Origin: Deltaproteobacteria bacterium
Lineage (GTDB): Bacteria; Myxococcota_A; UBA9160; SMWR01
Reading direction: 5' to 3'
Assembly: GCA_019310425.1 (NCBI GenBank)
Contig: JAFDEI010000040.1
Span: 108-64,107, forward strand
Length of the DNA: 64,000 bases
Shown one piece after another: positions 29,809 through 39,524 of the stretch. A program made the position numbers and the translations under genes. A model generated the notes under the pieces. That model saw only the letters and a program-made list of their open reading frames with translations, did not search any database and was not told where the DNA came from. The first letter of the stretch is position 1; each line of letters opens with the position of its first letter.

Positions 29809-30168
29809 ATGACGACGTCCGAAACAGAACGGCGGCGCCGCTACCGCAGACAGACCGTGCGCGTGCTGGTGGAGTATCTCTCCGACGCGGGGGTGTCGTG
29901 CGATACCGCGATCACGCTGGGAGCGGGTGGAATGTTCATCCAGACCGATGCTCCGCTACCGATCGACTCGATGATCAAACTGTCTTTCCAGCTCCCCGGC
30001 GGCTCGCTGCTGCACGAATTCGAAGGGCGCGTCGTATGGGCGAACCGCCCCTCCCGGGGTGCCTCCGGCGCACTCGGCATGGGGATCGGCTGGAGCGACC
30101 CACGCGCATCCCAACGCCTGGCCAACGAGATCGAGCACCTGGTAGGAATCGAAGACGCTCCAGCCTGA
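29809..30168 (+). CDS. PilZ-domain-like protein (119 aa)
   Basis: N-terminal ERRRRYRRQTVRV carries the RxxxR motif. About 20 aa later comes AITLGAGGMFI, a non-canonical version of D/NxSxxG, followed by a beta-barrel-like sequence (LSFQLPGG...FEGRVVW). Starts 10 nt after the TPR gene stop. Confidence 0.7.
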   Translation: MTTSETERRRRYRRQTVRVLVEYLSDAGVSCDTAITLGAGGMFIQTDAPLPIDSMIKLSFQLPGGSLLHEFEGRVVWANRPSRGASGALGMGIGWSDPRASQRLANEIEHLVGIEDAPA

Positions 30169-30175
30169 TCGCCCG

Positions 30176-31081
30176 TCAGGCGGGAGCGGGGGCGGGCAAG
30201 AAGTCGAGGCCACGCGGCTCGCGTGAATCCGGGTCCTCGATCGACCATGCCTCGGGATGATCGACGATCGCCTCAACGAGTCTGTGGTGCAGCGCGTGGC
30301 CACCGCGCTCGACCTTGATGCGGGCTTGGATCGGCAGACCGAGCACCGCAAGGTCACCGTACAGATCGAGAACCTTATGGCGCACGAATTCGTCGGGCCA
30401 GCGCAACCCCTCGGCGTTCACGACCTGCTTCTCGTCGAGCACTACCGTGTTGGCGAGCGAGCCACCGCGTGCAAACCCCGCCTTCCGAAGCGACTGGACC
30501 TCGCGCAAAAAGCCGAAGGTCCTGGCCGCGGAGAGTTCGCGCTCGAAGTGCTCCTTGTCGGGCGCGTCCACGCGAAAGACCTGGCGGCCGATCGCGGGGT
30601 GATCGAACTCGACCGCGTACTTGACACGAAACGCGCGCGCGGGCTCGATGCGAATGCTGCGATCACCTTCGCGGATTTCGAGCGGCCGCCGAATTCGCAG
30701 CACCCGGCGTGCCGCGGATTGTTTGACCAGGCCCGCGGACCGCAGCAAGTAGACGAACGGCGCCGCGCTGCCGTCCATGATCGGCAACTCCGGCCCGTCG
30801 ACATCGGCCCGGACATTGTCGATGCCGAGCCCGAACAACGCCGAGCAGAGATGCTCCACGGTGCTGACGGTGACTTCGCCATAGCCGAGCGTGGTCGATC
30901 GGCGAGTGGACTGCACGGCGGAGGGGCTCATGCGAATCAGCGTGTGATGTGCTCGATCCGTACGCGTGAACACCACGCCGGTATCGACCGGAGCCGGGCG
31001 CAGAGTCAACTGAACCGGTTGCCCACTGTGCAGCCCCGTGCCAATGCACGAAACCGTCTCTGCGATCGTCCTCTGTTTCAC
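30176..31081 (-). CDS. lpxC: UDP-3-O-acyl-N-acetylglucosamine deacetylase
   Basis: VKQRTIAETVSCIGTGLHSGQPVQLTLRPAPVDTGVVF, TVEHLCSALFGLGIDN, PIMDGSAAPFV and HKVLDLYGDL. GTG at 31081 is preceded by GGAGGGG; the ORF extension to 31252 is not LpxC-like. Confidence 0.92.
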   Translation of the reverse strand: MKQRTIAETVSCIGTGLHSGQPVQLTLRPAPVDTGVVFTRTDRAHHTLIRMSPSAVQSTRRSTTLGYGEVTVSTVEHLCSALFGLGIDNVRADVDGPELPIMDGSAAPFVYLLRSAGLVKQSAARRVLRIRRPLEIREGDRSIRIEPARAFRVKYAVEFDHPAIGRQVFRVDAPDKEHFERELSAARTFGFLREVQSLRKAGFARGGSLANTVVLDEKQVVNAEGLRWPDEFVRHKVLDLYGDLAVLGLPIQARIKVERGGHALHHRLVEAIVDHPEAWSIEDPDSREPRGLDFLPAPAPA

Positions 31082-31330
31082 CGCGTCCCCCCTCCAAGGA
31101 ACCGCGCGAACCGGTTCTGTCCCGACAAGCGCGACGGTCGGCTCGATGAATAGCAAGCATCGTGCCGTTCGGTGACGGGTCGAGAAACTTCTGGATCCGG
31201 CGGTTTTCCGTTCGAAAACCGGAAGTTCGGTATCTGACAGCGGAAACACCAATGGGGGCCTTTGGACACATCGAGCCCTGGATCGTGATCATTTAGTCAC
31301 GATCGTGACGGTTTGGTCACACCGAACCCC

Positions 31331-33892
31331 TCAACCGGCCAGCGCCGCCTTGAGTTGGGTGAGGATCTCTCGCGCCGACTGGAAGCGCTCGGACGGATCC
31401 TTCTTCATGCAGCGCATGATGATGTCCACCAGCAGCTCCGGCACATTGGGTTCGATCTCGCGCGGGTCGGGCGGCGGTGTGTGGACGTGGTGGTACGGCA
31501 GGTTGCCCTCGATGAACGGCAGCCTGCCGGTCGCCATCTCGAATACCGAGACCCCCAGCGAGTAGATGTCGGTGCGGTGGTCGACGTTCTTCCCGAGTGT
31601 CTGCTCGGGGCTCATGTAGTAGGGCGTGCCCGACACCACGGTCGTGTGGTTGCGCACCTCCTCGATCACCTTCGCGAGGCCGAAATCCATGATCTTCGCC
31701 TTGCGATCACGCGCCCACATCGTATTCGCGGTCTTGATATCGCGATGAACGATCTTGTTGTCGTGCGCATATGCGAGGGCCTCGCTCATCTGGGCGAGTA
31801 CGTGAACGATGCCGCCGGCCGAGATCTTGCCGCGGTGCTTCACGATTTCCTTCAGTGTATTGCCGTCGACGTATTCCATCGCGATGTAGTAGACGCCGTC
31901 CTGTTCGCCAGCGTCGAAGACGGTCACGATGTTCGGGTGGTTGAGTGAAGCCGCGCTCTTGGCTTCGCGCAGGAAGTTCTTCAGCGCCTGCGGATTCTCC
32001 TGCAGGCTGTCGGGCAGCACCTTGAACGCCACCACTCGGTCCAGCACGGTGTCCTGCGCCTTGTAGACCACCCCCATGCCGCCGCGGCCGAGAGTTCCGA
32101 GGATCTTGTAGCGACCCTCCCGCCCCGAGGTGCCGAGCCGCGGCTCATCGGTCGCGGCCATCTGGGCCTCGGCCTGCTTCCGGGTCTCTTCGAGCCGGGT
32201 CGTGACGTCCTCGTAGTTGAAGTCGAATGCGAGGATCTTCTCGTAGAGGTCGGTCGCCTGGCGCGCCTCGTCGTTCGACTCGTAGCAACGCGCGAGAGCG
32301 TAGAAGGCCTTGACGTTGCTGCGCGCAATCTCCTGGGATTCAGTCGCCTGGGTGAGCTTCTTCAACGCGAGCGGAAGCATTCCCCGCTCGCGGAAGATCT
32401 CGCCGAGCAGAGCCGAGGCTGCGACGAAATCGGCATGCTCGGGAGCAACCTCCTGGAGCGCGGTAATGGCTTCGTCGATGCGACCGCCGGCAATTTCGAT
32501 CTCGCCAGCGCGCAGGAATTCGCCCGCCTTGAGGAGCATCTCGGACTCGCGCTCGACGTTGCCCGATAACGCGAAGTTCTCCGCGGCCTCTGCGTAGAGT
32601 CCCGCGCGTTCGTAGCTCTCGGCCGCGAGCGTCCGCTCACCTGCGACGGTGTACATCTCGGCTGCCTGAGCGCTGTCACCGAAGCGCTGGTATACCTCGG
32701 CCGCCTTCAGGTACTGCTCGAGCAGCCGGTAGAGATCCGCGGCCGCGAGCAGATCACCCGCCTCGATGAAGTGCTCGGCAGCAAGCTCCTCCTCGTTGCG
32801 GTCACGGTGGTATTCGGCGAGGTATCGGGCGGCCTCTTCCGTGCGACCGACCTTGCGCAGCTGCTCGGCTGCGCGCGTTACGTTCTTCGCCTTCAGGAAC
32901 AGTTCAGCGGATTCTTCGTTCTGGCCGCGACGCAATGCGATCTCCGCAGCCTCTGCAAAGCAGCCGCCCCGCTGATAAACCGCCTGGGCGCGCTCATCGA
33001 GCTGGGCGCGTTCGAATAGACTGCCGGCCATGCTCACGAGCTTGCGGAGGTCCGCGGCCTTGCGCACATCGCCGCCGACGCCGACCGATTCGTCACGAAT
33101 GACTTCCTCGAGGGACTCGGCCGCCTTCTCCCACTGCTCACACTTGACGAAGGCCTTGGCCGCGTGCCGCGCAAAGCCCGAAACCGAATAGGCGCGCGCA
33201 GCGTTCCGGAAATCCTTGGCCTTCTCGTACATCTCCGCGGCGACACTCAGGTCGCCGGCCTCTTCGTACGCCTCGGCGGAGCGACGCCATTCCTCCTGTT
33301 GAGCGAAGATCGTAGCGGCGCTCTCGTACAACCCCGCCTGGATATAGAGCTCCGCCGATTCGATGAAGCGATTCTGATCATGCCGGATCTCAGCAGCATG
33401 CTCGAAGCTTTCGCCATCGATGAAGTACTGCGCGGCTTCCTCGAACAGCCCGTGATTGAAGCAATGCTCGGCAGCCTCGAGTGGCCTACCCGACTTCGCC
33501 ATCGACGCAGCAGCCTTGACGGCCCTCTTCTTTTCCTTTGGATCGACGTAGGCGGTCGTCTGCGGTTCCAGCGTCGACTCATCACCCTCATCGGGAACAG
33601 CCTTCCGCTTCCCGGGAAGCAGCATCGTGATCGTGAGCACCAGACCGAGCGGCGCGAAGCCGTAGAGCACGAGTGCGTGCGAAAGGAACGGGTCCATCCG
33701 GTTGACGAGATCCGCGGGCAGGAATTCGAGCAGACCGGAGCCGGCAGCCAGCAGACCACTCTCCACGAGTGAGCGCACCTGCATGACCGCGGTGTGGTCC
33801 GCCATGTACGCGCTCGCGAGCGCGAGGGCCCCCACCGCAACCAGTGCGAGCCCGATGCCGAGAGTCAGAATCCGAATCAACCGCTTCACCAC
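31331..33892 (-). CDS. membrane-anchored TPR-repeat protein with C-terminal Hanks-type Ser/Thr kinase domain
   Basis: 853 aa. Two N-terminal hydrophobic segments, then ~450 aa of TPR-like repeats (AAE.Y...G....A). The C-terminal kinase has [31 protein letters not shown] and GTPYYMSPE. Confidence 0.88.
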   Translation of the reverse strand: MVKRLIRILTLGIGLALVAVGALALASAYMADHTAVMQVRSLVESGLLAAGSGLLEFLPADLVNRMDPFLSHALVLYGFAPLGLVLTITMLLPGKRKAVPDEGDESTLEPQTTAYVDPKEKKRAVKAAASMAKSGRPLEAAEHCFNHGLFEEAAQYFIDGESFEHAAEIRHDQNRFIESAELYIQAGLYESAATIFAQQEEWRRSAEAYEEAGDLSVAAEMYEKAKDFRNAARAYSVSGFARHAAKAFVKCEQWEKAAESLEEVIRDESVGVGGDVRKAADLRKLVSMAGSLFERAQLDERAQAVYQRGGCFAEAAEIALRRGQNEESAELFLKAKNVTRAAEQLRKVGRTEEAARYLAEYHRDRNEEELAAEHFIEAGDLLAAADLYRLLEQYLKAAEVYQRFGDSAQAAEMYTVAGERTLAAESYERAGLYAEAAENFALSGNVERESEMLLKAGEFLRAGEIEIAGGRIDEAITALQEVAPEHADFVAASALLGEIFRERGMLPLALKKLTQATESQEIARSNVKAFYALARCYESNDEARQATDLYEKILAFDFNYEDVTTRLEETRKQAEAQMAATDEPRLGTSGREGRYKILGTLGRGGMGVVYKAQDTVLDRVVAFKVLPDSLQENPQALKNFLREAKSAASLNHPNIVTVFDAGEQDGVYYIAMEYVDGNTLKEIVKHRGKISAGGIVHVLAQMSEALAYAHDNKIVHRDIKTANTMWARDRKAKIMDFGLAKVIEEVRNHTTVVSGTPYYMSPEQTLGKNVDHRTDIYSLGVSVFEMATGRLPFIEGNLPYHHVHTPPPDPREIEPNVPELLVDIIMRCMKKDPSERFQSAREILTQLKAALAG

Positions 33893-34030
33893 CGCGACAT
33901 CCTTCCCAGACCAGCGCGAATGCGCCGTCTACCCCAGTTTCTATCGGTCGGAAGGAGCAGCCCGTTGAGTCGCGGCCGGGCCGCAGACCGCTCGGCGAAT
34001 GCGCACGGAACGGGATTCTCCGACTTTTCT

Positions 34031-34077
34031 GGAATTGGGAGCTCTGGCCGCACCACGGCCGACACGCGGCTAACGCC
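34031..34077. repeat. intergenic repeat family, copy D
   Basis: GAGCTCTGGCCGCACCACGGCCGACACGCGGCTAA matches copy A at 26 of 35 positions by hand. Its CTA (34070-34072) is the ruvB stop codon. Confidence 0.5.
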
Positions 34078-35084
34078 GACTGGCGAGGTGTTCGTGGGCG
34101 ATGCGGGTGGCGACGCGGCCACGCGGGGTGCGGTCGAGGAAGCCCTGGTAGATCAGATACGGCTCGACGACGTCTTCCAGGGTGCCCTTGTCCTCGCCCG
34201 ACCGCAGCCGCGAGCGTCTCGAGCCCGACCGGACCGCCGTCGAATTTTTCGATGAGCGTGTGGAGCAGTTTTCGGTCGAGCCGATCAAAGCCGGCCTCGT
34301 CGACCTCGAGCCGCTCCAGCGAGAAGCACGCGATCTCGTGCGAGATTTCGCCGCCGGGGCCACCGCGTACCTCGGCGAAGTCGCGCACGCGTCGCAACAG
34401 CCGGTTCGCGACCCGGGGCGTACCCCGCGACCGGCGCGAGATCTCGCATTGCGCCTCCGGCGCGATCTGGGCCCCCATCACCCGTGCGGCACGCTCGAGG
34501 ATGCGTTCGAGATCGGCGGGGGGGTAGTACTCGAGCCGGGTCACCCAACCAAAGCGATCGCGCAGGGGCGAAGTGAGCATGCCCGCGCGCGTCGTCGCGC
34601 CGATCAGGGTGAAGCGCGGCAGATCGAGCCGGATCGACGAGGCGCCCGGGCCCTGGCCGATCACGATGTCGAGCTGAAAATCTTCCATCGCGGGGTAGAG
34701 GATCTCCTCGACTGCAGGCGATAGACGGTGGATCTCGTCGATGAAGAGCACGTCGCCGGGCTCGAGATTCGAGAGCAGCGCCGCCAGATCACCTGGGCGC
34801 TCGACCGCCGGGCCGCTCGTCACCCGCAGCTGAGCACCCATCTCCGTCGCGACGACGTGCGCGAGGGAGGTCTTGCCGAGCCCGGGCGGGCCGTGGAACA
34901 GCAGATGATCGAGCGACTCCTTGCGCTCGCGCGCCGCACGAATGAAGACACCGAGGTTCTCGCGCAGGCGGTCCTGACCGATCATCTCATTGAGCGAACG
35001 CGGGCGCAGACGCTCCTCGATACTCGCCTCGCCCGGCTTCACGGCGGCCTCGATATCCCCTCGCGCGTCCTGCTCCACGCTCAC
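34070..35084 (-). pseudogene. ruvB: Holliday junction helicase RuvB with a 1-nt frameshift near the 3' end (likely homopolymer sequencing error)
   Basis: Normal RuvB from GTG 35084 ([33 protein letters not shown]) to [10 protein letters not shown], then nonsense. The correct C-terminus [30 protein letters not shown]...HL is in another frame ending at 34070. The locus is 1,015 nt (3n+1). An extra G in a GGG run (plus-strand CCC 34197-34199) explains it. Confidence 0.88.
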
Positions 35085-35701
35085 GACTTCACCAGCATCT
35101 TGAGTGAGCCACGTACCAGGTCCTCCAGCGTTGGCGCGTCACCCGAGGCATCCACTGCACCGGCGAGCGCACGCTCGGCCTGGGACTTCGGATAGCCGAG
35201 ATTGACGAGCGCCGACAGCGTCTGCTCCTGGAGCGCTTCCGCGACCTCGGCCGCGGGCGCGGACGCCCCGGCACTCACACCGCCGACCGCGGCCGCGAGT
35301 TCGGCGGTGCGGTCGCGGAGGTCGACCAGGATACGTTCGGCGAGCTTGCTCCCCACACCGGGCGCCGACCGAAGCACGGCGACATCGCTCCGGTGGATCG
35401 CGGCCAGCAGATCCGGCGGGGAGATTCCCGAGAGAATCGTCTGCGCGAGCCGCGGACCGACCCGATTCGCGCGCAACAGCAGGTCGAACGCGACCCGCTC
35501 GCCGCGCGACGCGAAGCCGAAGAGCTGGAGCGACCCCTCGGGCGCGTGGGTGTAGATGTGGAGCACGACGGTCTTTCCGAGGTTGGGCAGCTGCGTAAAC
35601 GTCGACAGCGGAATCAGCACCTCGTAACCAACGCCGCGAACATCGACCACCACGCGTGTCGGCGAGAGTTCCAGGAGCACTCCCTCGAGGCGCGCGATCA
35701 C
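35081..35701 (-). CDS. ruvA: Holliday junction DNA helicase RuvA
   Basis: [35 protein letters not shown]...LFGF...[18 protein letters not shown]...[16 protein letters not shown] overlap with ruvB. Confidence 0.92.
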   Translation of the reverse strand: MIARLEGVLLELSPTRVVVDVRGVGYEVLIPLSTFTQLPNLGKTVVLHIYTHAPEGSLQLFGFASRGERVAFDLLLRANRVGPRLAQTILSGISPPDLLAAIHRSDVAVLRSAPGVGSKLAERILVDLRDRTAELAAAVGGVSAGASAPAAEVAEALQEQTLSALVNLGYPKSQAERALAGAVDASGDAPTLEDLVRGSLKMLVKS

Positions 35702-36249
35702 CGCGCACGCCTGGCGTTGAACGTGACGGCCTTCGCGCGCGGCCCGCGGCGCCTGGAGCCGACACCCACGCCCAGCGCTTCGAGCCGCCCCGCGTTCGCA
35801 TACGCGATCGCCGCGGCAAGCGCGTCGGCGGCATCACTCGCGGGCACCCGGTCGAGCAACAACAGCCGCTTTACCATCGACTTCACCTGCTGCTTCGTCG
35901 CCCGCCCATTGCCGGTCACGGACCGTTTGATACGGGCCGGGGTGTATTCGTTGACCGGCACGCCCGCCCGCGCCACTGCGGCGAGAATCGCGCCGCGCGC
36001 CTGGCCGAGCACGAGCGCCGAACGCGGGCTTGCAGCGACGAACACCTCTTCGACCACGCTGGAGTCCGGCAGATGCTGTGCGATCACATCCGAGAGGGTG
36101 GTGTAGAGCTGGTCGAGCCGCGACGCCAGCGGAGCGCCTGCGACCGGCCGAATGACGCCGTGCGCGATGTGGACGAGCTTACCCTCCCGACGCTCGATGA
36201 CGCCGTAACCGGTCGCCGAAGAGCCGGGGTCGATCCCAAGGATCCGCAT
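35698..36249 (-). CDS. ruvC: crossover junction endodeoxyribonuclease RuvC
   Basis: MRILGIDPGSSATGYGVIERREGKLVHIAHGVIRP...EEVFVAASPRSALVLGQARG...DAADALAAAI. 4-nt overlap with ruvA. Confidence 0.92.
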   Translation of the reverse strand: MRILGIDPGSSATGYGVIERREGKLVHIAHGVIRPVAGAPLASRLDQLYTTLSDVIAQHLPDSSVVEEVFVAASPRSALVLGQARGAILAAVARAGVPVNEYTPARIKRSVTGNGRATKQQVKSMVKRLLLLDRVPASDAADALAAAIAYANAGRLEALGVGVGSRRRGPRAKAVTFNARRAR

Positions 36250-36327
36250 GCGCTTCTCCTCGGAGGAACATCAGCCGTTTCACCGCGTCAACGCCACAGC
36301 ACGTGGGAAGGAAGGCCGTGCCGGCCG

Positions 36328-37077
36328 CTAACCCGCGAGCCGCGCCATCTCCTCATTGGAGATGTCGAAGTTCGCGTACACATTCTGTACATCATCCAGA
36401 TCGTCGAGTGCGTCGGAGAGCCGGAGCATCCGCTCCGCCTCGTCGCCCTCGATCTTCACCTGGGTCGTGGGCTCCATCGTGATCTCGGCTGCAACCGACA
36501 CGAATCCCGCCTCCTCGAGCGCGCGCTTGACGGACTCGAAATTCGGCACGGTCGTCGCCACCTCGAGTGTGCCGTCCGACTCGACGACGTCCTCGGCACC
36601 CGCGTCGAGTGCGGCCTCCATCAACGCGTCGGAATCGATGCCCGACAGCTCGAAAGTAATCATGCCCTGCTTCTTGAACAGGTAGCCCACGCAGCCGCTC
36701 GAGCCGAGGTTACCGCCATGCTTGGTCAGCACGTGGCGTACCTCGCCGACGGTGCGGTTCTTGTTGTCGGTCAGGACTTCGACATAGACCGCCGTGCCGC
36801 CGGGCCCGTAGCCCTCGTAGACCCCCTCGTCGTAGGTCTCGGAGGCGTCGCCCCCCATGCCCTTCTTGATGCCCCGGGTGATGTTGTCCTTCGGCATGTT
36901 GGCCTGGCGGGCCTTCTCGACCGCGAGCCGCAGCCGCGGGTTGGAGTCGACCTCGCCGCCGCCGATGCGAGCAGCCGTCGCGATTTCACGAATCAGCTTC
37001 GTGAAGATCTTGCCGCGCTTCGCGTCCGCGGCGCCCTTCTTGCGCTTGATGGTGGACCACTTGGAGTGACCGGACAT
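36328..37077 (-). CDS. yebC: YebC/PmpR family DNA-binding transcriptional regulator
   Basis: [41 protein letters not shown]...[14 protein letters not shown], 249 aa from ATG 37077. The ORF extension to 37365 is not family-like. Confidence 0.9.
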   Translation of the reverse strand: MSGHSKWSTIKRKKGAADAKRGKIFTKLIREIATAARIGGGEVDSNPRLRLAVEKARQANMPKDNITRGIKKGMGGDASETYDEGVYEGYGPGGTAVYVEVLTDNKNRTVGEVRHVLTKHGGNLGSSGCVGYLFKKQGMITFELSGIDSDALMEAALDAGAEDVVESDGTLEVATTVPNFESVKRALEEAGFVSVAAEITMEPTTQVKIEGDEAERMLRLSDALDDLDDVQNVYANFDISNEEMARLAG

Positions 37078-37349
37078 GGCAAACCCTGGAGATTGCAGGG
37101 TAAATAGCACTCGCGAGCGACCGGGCCAAGGTCGTGGGGATACCAAGCTACAGATCCACGCCCGGCTTCGACCCATCCGGCTCGAGCTGCCGTACCGGAA
37201 CGCCCCCCTCGCCGCCGCGGGGCTCAGGATGGGCCGCGATTTGCCGATGAATGAAGGAGGAAGGCGTGGGGAGCGCGAGCCGCCCCAGGCACTGTGGGAG
37301 GAGTGCGCCCCCCATGGGAGATTGATGGCCGCATCGGGGTGACGTCGCC

Positions 37350-39521
37350 ATGTCCGAGATCGCAATCGGAATCGACCTGGGAACCAGCAACTCGTGCGTC
37401 GCCGTGATGCAGAACGGCAAAGTGGAAGTCCTCCCCAACGCCTACGGCGAAGCCACGACCGCCAGCGTCGTGGCCTTTCGCGAGGACGGCGGGATCAACG
37501 TCGGGAACGCCGCCAAGGCGAACATCATCCATTGCCCCGATCGGACGGTGCACTCCTCGAAGCGCCTGATCGGACGCTACTTCTTCTCGCAAGAGGTGAA
37601 GAAGGCTCAGGCCATCTGCTCGTATCAGATCATCGAGGCAGAGAACCACGGGCTGCGAATCCAGGTCGGCGAAGAGTGCTTCTCGCTGCCCGAGATCGCA
37701 GCGATGATCCTGTCAGAAATGAAATCCATCGCGGAGGCCCGGATCGGCCAACCCGTCACCAAGGCTGTGATTGCCGTCCCCGCGTACTTCAACGACAACC
37801 AGCGCCAGGCCACCAAGGATGCGGGACGCATCGCGGGGCTCGAAGTGCTGCGGATCCTGAACGAGCCGACCGCCGCGGCGCTGTCGTACGGCTTCGGCCG
37901 TGGCCTGTCGCAGCGCGTCGCGGTTTGGGACCTCGGTGGCGGCACCTTCGACATCTCGGTGCTCGAAATCGGCGACGACGTCTTCGAGGTGCTCTCCACC
38001 GCGGGAGACACCTTCCTCGGTGGCGAGGATTTCGACGACCGCCTCATCGACCTGCTCGCCGACGAGTTTGCCGTTCGCACGGGCATCAACCTGCGCAACG
38101 ACCCGTTCGCCCTCGAGAAGCTCAAAGTCGCCGCCGAGGGCGCCAAGAAGGGATTATCACTGGAGTCAGAAGTCGAGATTCGCATCCCGGACGTGATTAC
38201 GGACGAGAACGGCGAGAGCCACTCGATCGAGCGCAGCCTCACGTCAATCGAATACGCGGCGCTCGTAAACGACCTGGTCCAGACCACTTTCAAGGTCTGC
38301 GACGAAGCGCTCCAGCAAGCCGGCGTCGTCGCGCGCGACCTGGATGGCGTGATGCTGGTAGGCGGCCCGACGCGACTGCCGCTGATCCGCGACACCGTCC
38401 GGGAGTACTTCCAGCAGGAGCCGCGCGAGGGCATCGACCCCGACCGGGTCGTCGCAATGGGAGCCGCGATCCACGCCGCCTCGCTCGTGAGCCCGGATCA
38501 GGAAGCCTACCTGCTCGACGTCACACCGCTGTCGTTGCGAATCGGCATCGTGGGTGGGCTCGCCGAGAAGGTGATCGAACGCAACACCCCGGTCCCGATC
38601 GAGCAGACCCGCACCTTCACGACCTTCAAGGACGGGCAGGAGTCCGTCGAGATCAAGGTCTTCCAGGGCGAGTCCCAGGAGGCTGAGGATAACGAGTTGC
38701 TCGGGCAGTTCTCGTTCGCGGATTTCGACAAGGGAGCCCGCGGCGAAGTCGAAATCGACGTCACCTTCGAGATCAACACCGACGGCATCGTGAGCGTGAC
38801 GGCGACCGATCGGGCGACCGGTCGGGCCGCCTCCACGCGCATCACCCTCTCGTCGGGCCTGTCGGAGGACGAACTCGATGACATCATCGATCAGGGTCGC
38901 ACCGATCGAATCGAGCAGACCCCGGTCCTGGACGAAAATGACCATGTGATCGGCGCGATCCCACTGAAGAGCATCCCTGCAGATACGCCGGTGATCTTCG
39001 AAGAAACCCGCGCGTCGAAGACCAAGCTGCTCGACGACGACAGCGATCTGATCGAAGAAGGCGATATCTTGCCGCTCGACGAAGCGCCCGCAGTCCCGGA
39101 AGCGGCACCGGTGACGGCCGCCCCTGCCGAAGGACCGACGGGAGAAAGCGGTGAAGCGCCCCAGCTGAAGTCCGAGCCATCAGCATTCGACCTGAGCGAG
39201 AAGACCGCTCAGGTGAACTCCAGCGACCCCGACGAGATCGCGGCCTTTTCGGGCAACTTCGCCGAGAAAGCCGTCGACCCGATCGCGATCAGCACCGAGG
39301 ATGAAGGCGACGAACTCGACCTGATCGATCTCGACGACGACGCCGAGGATCTGGACCTGCTCGGGGGAGACGATGAGGACGACCTCGGCGGACCGATCCT
39401 CGAACTCGGTCGCGACGCCGAACTCGCCGACACCGAGCCGGTGATGACGAAGGACGAGTTGTTCGAGACGCCTGGTACCGACCTGTCGGCGCTCGACGAC
39501 GACTCCGAGGAGCCTCGCTAG
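37350..39521 (+). CDS. atypical Hsp70 family protein (NBD and beta-sandwich SBD; helical lid replaced by a long acidic tail)
   Basis: [64 protein letters not shown] and [10 protein letters not shown]...[15 protein letters not shown]. The last ~190 aa are low-complexity and D/E/L-rich ([28 protein letters not shown]). Confidence 0.88.
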   Translation: MSEIAIGIDLGTSNSCVAVMQNGKVEVLPNAYGEATTASVVAFREDGGINVGNAAKANIIHCPDRTVHSSKRLIGRYFFSQEVKKAQAICSYQIIEAENHGLRIQVGEECFSLPEIAAMILSEMKSIAEARIGQPVTKAVIAVPAYFNDNQRQATKDAGRIAGLEVLRILNEPTAAALSYGFGRGLSQRVAVWDLGGGTFDISVLEIGDDVFEVLSTAGDTFLGGEDFDDRLIDLLADEFAVRTGINLRNDPFALEKLKVAAEGAKKGLSLESEVEIRIPDVITDENGESHSIERSLTSIEYAALVNDLVQTTFKVCDEALQQAGVVARDLDGVMLVGGPTRLPLIRDTVREYFQQEPREGIDPDRVVAMGAAIHAASLVSPDQEAYLLDVTPLSLRIGIVGGLAEKVIERNTPVPIEQTRTFTTFKDGQESVEIKVFQGESQEAEDNELLGQFSFADFDKGARGEVEIDVTFEINTDGIVSVTATDRATGRAASTRITLSSGLSEDELDDIIDQGRTDRIEQTPVLDENDHVIGAIPLKSIPADTPVIFEETRASKTKLLDDDSDLIEEGDILPLDEAPAVPEAAPVTAAPAEGPTGESGEAPQLKSEPSAFDLSEKTAQVNSSDPDEIAAFSGNFAEKAVDPIAISTEDEGDELDLIDLDDDAEDLDLLGGDDEDDLGGPILELGRDAELADTEPVMTKDELFETPGTDLSALDDDSEEPR

Positions 39522-39524
39522 CCC

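Noticed and set aside
33588-34069. Run-on of the ruvB frame to 33588, giving a 498-aa ORF overlapping the kinase gene start.
   Set aside because: It results from the 1-nt frameshift at about 34197-34199. The run-on translation ([19 protein letters not shown]...) is nonsense, and the true RuvB C-terminus is in the adjacent frame ending at 34070.
37104-37112. ATAGCACTC upstream of the Hsp70 gene resembles the left half of the CIRCE (HrcA) operator TTAGCACTC-N9-GAGTGCTAA.
   Set aside because: Nine nt downstream the sequence is CGGGCCAAG, so no matching right half exists. A later GGAGTGCG at about 37290 is far too distant.
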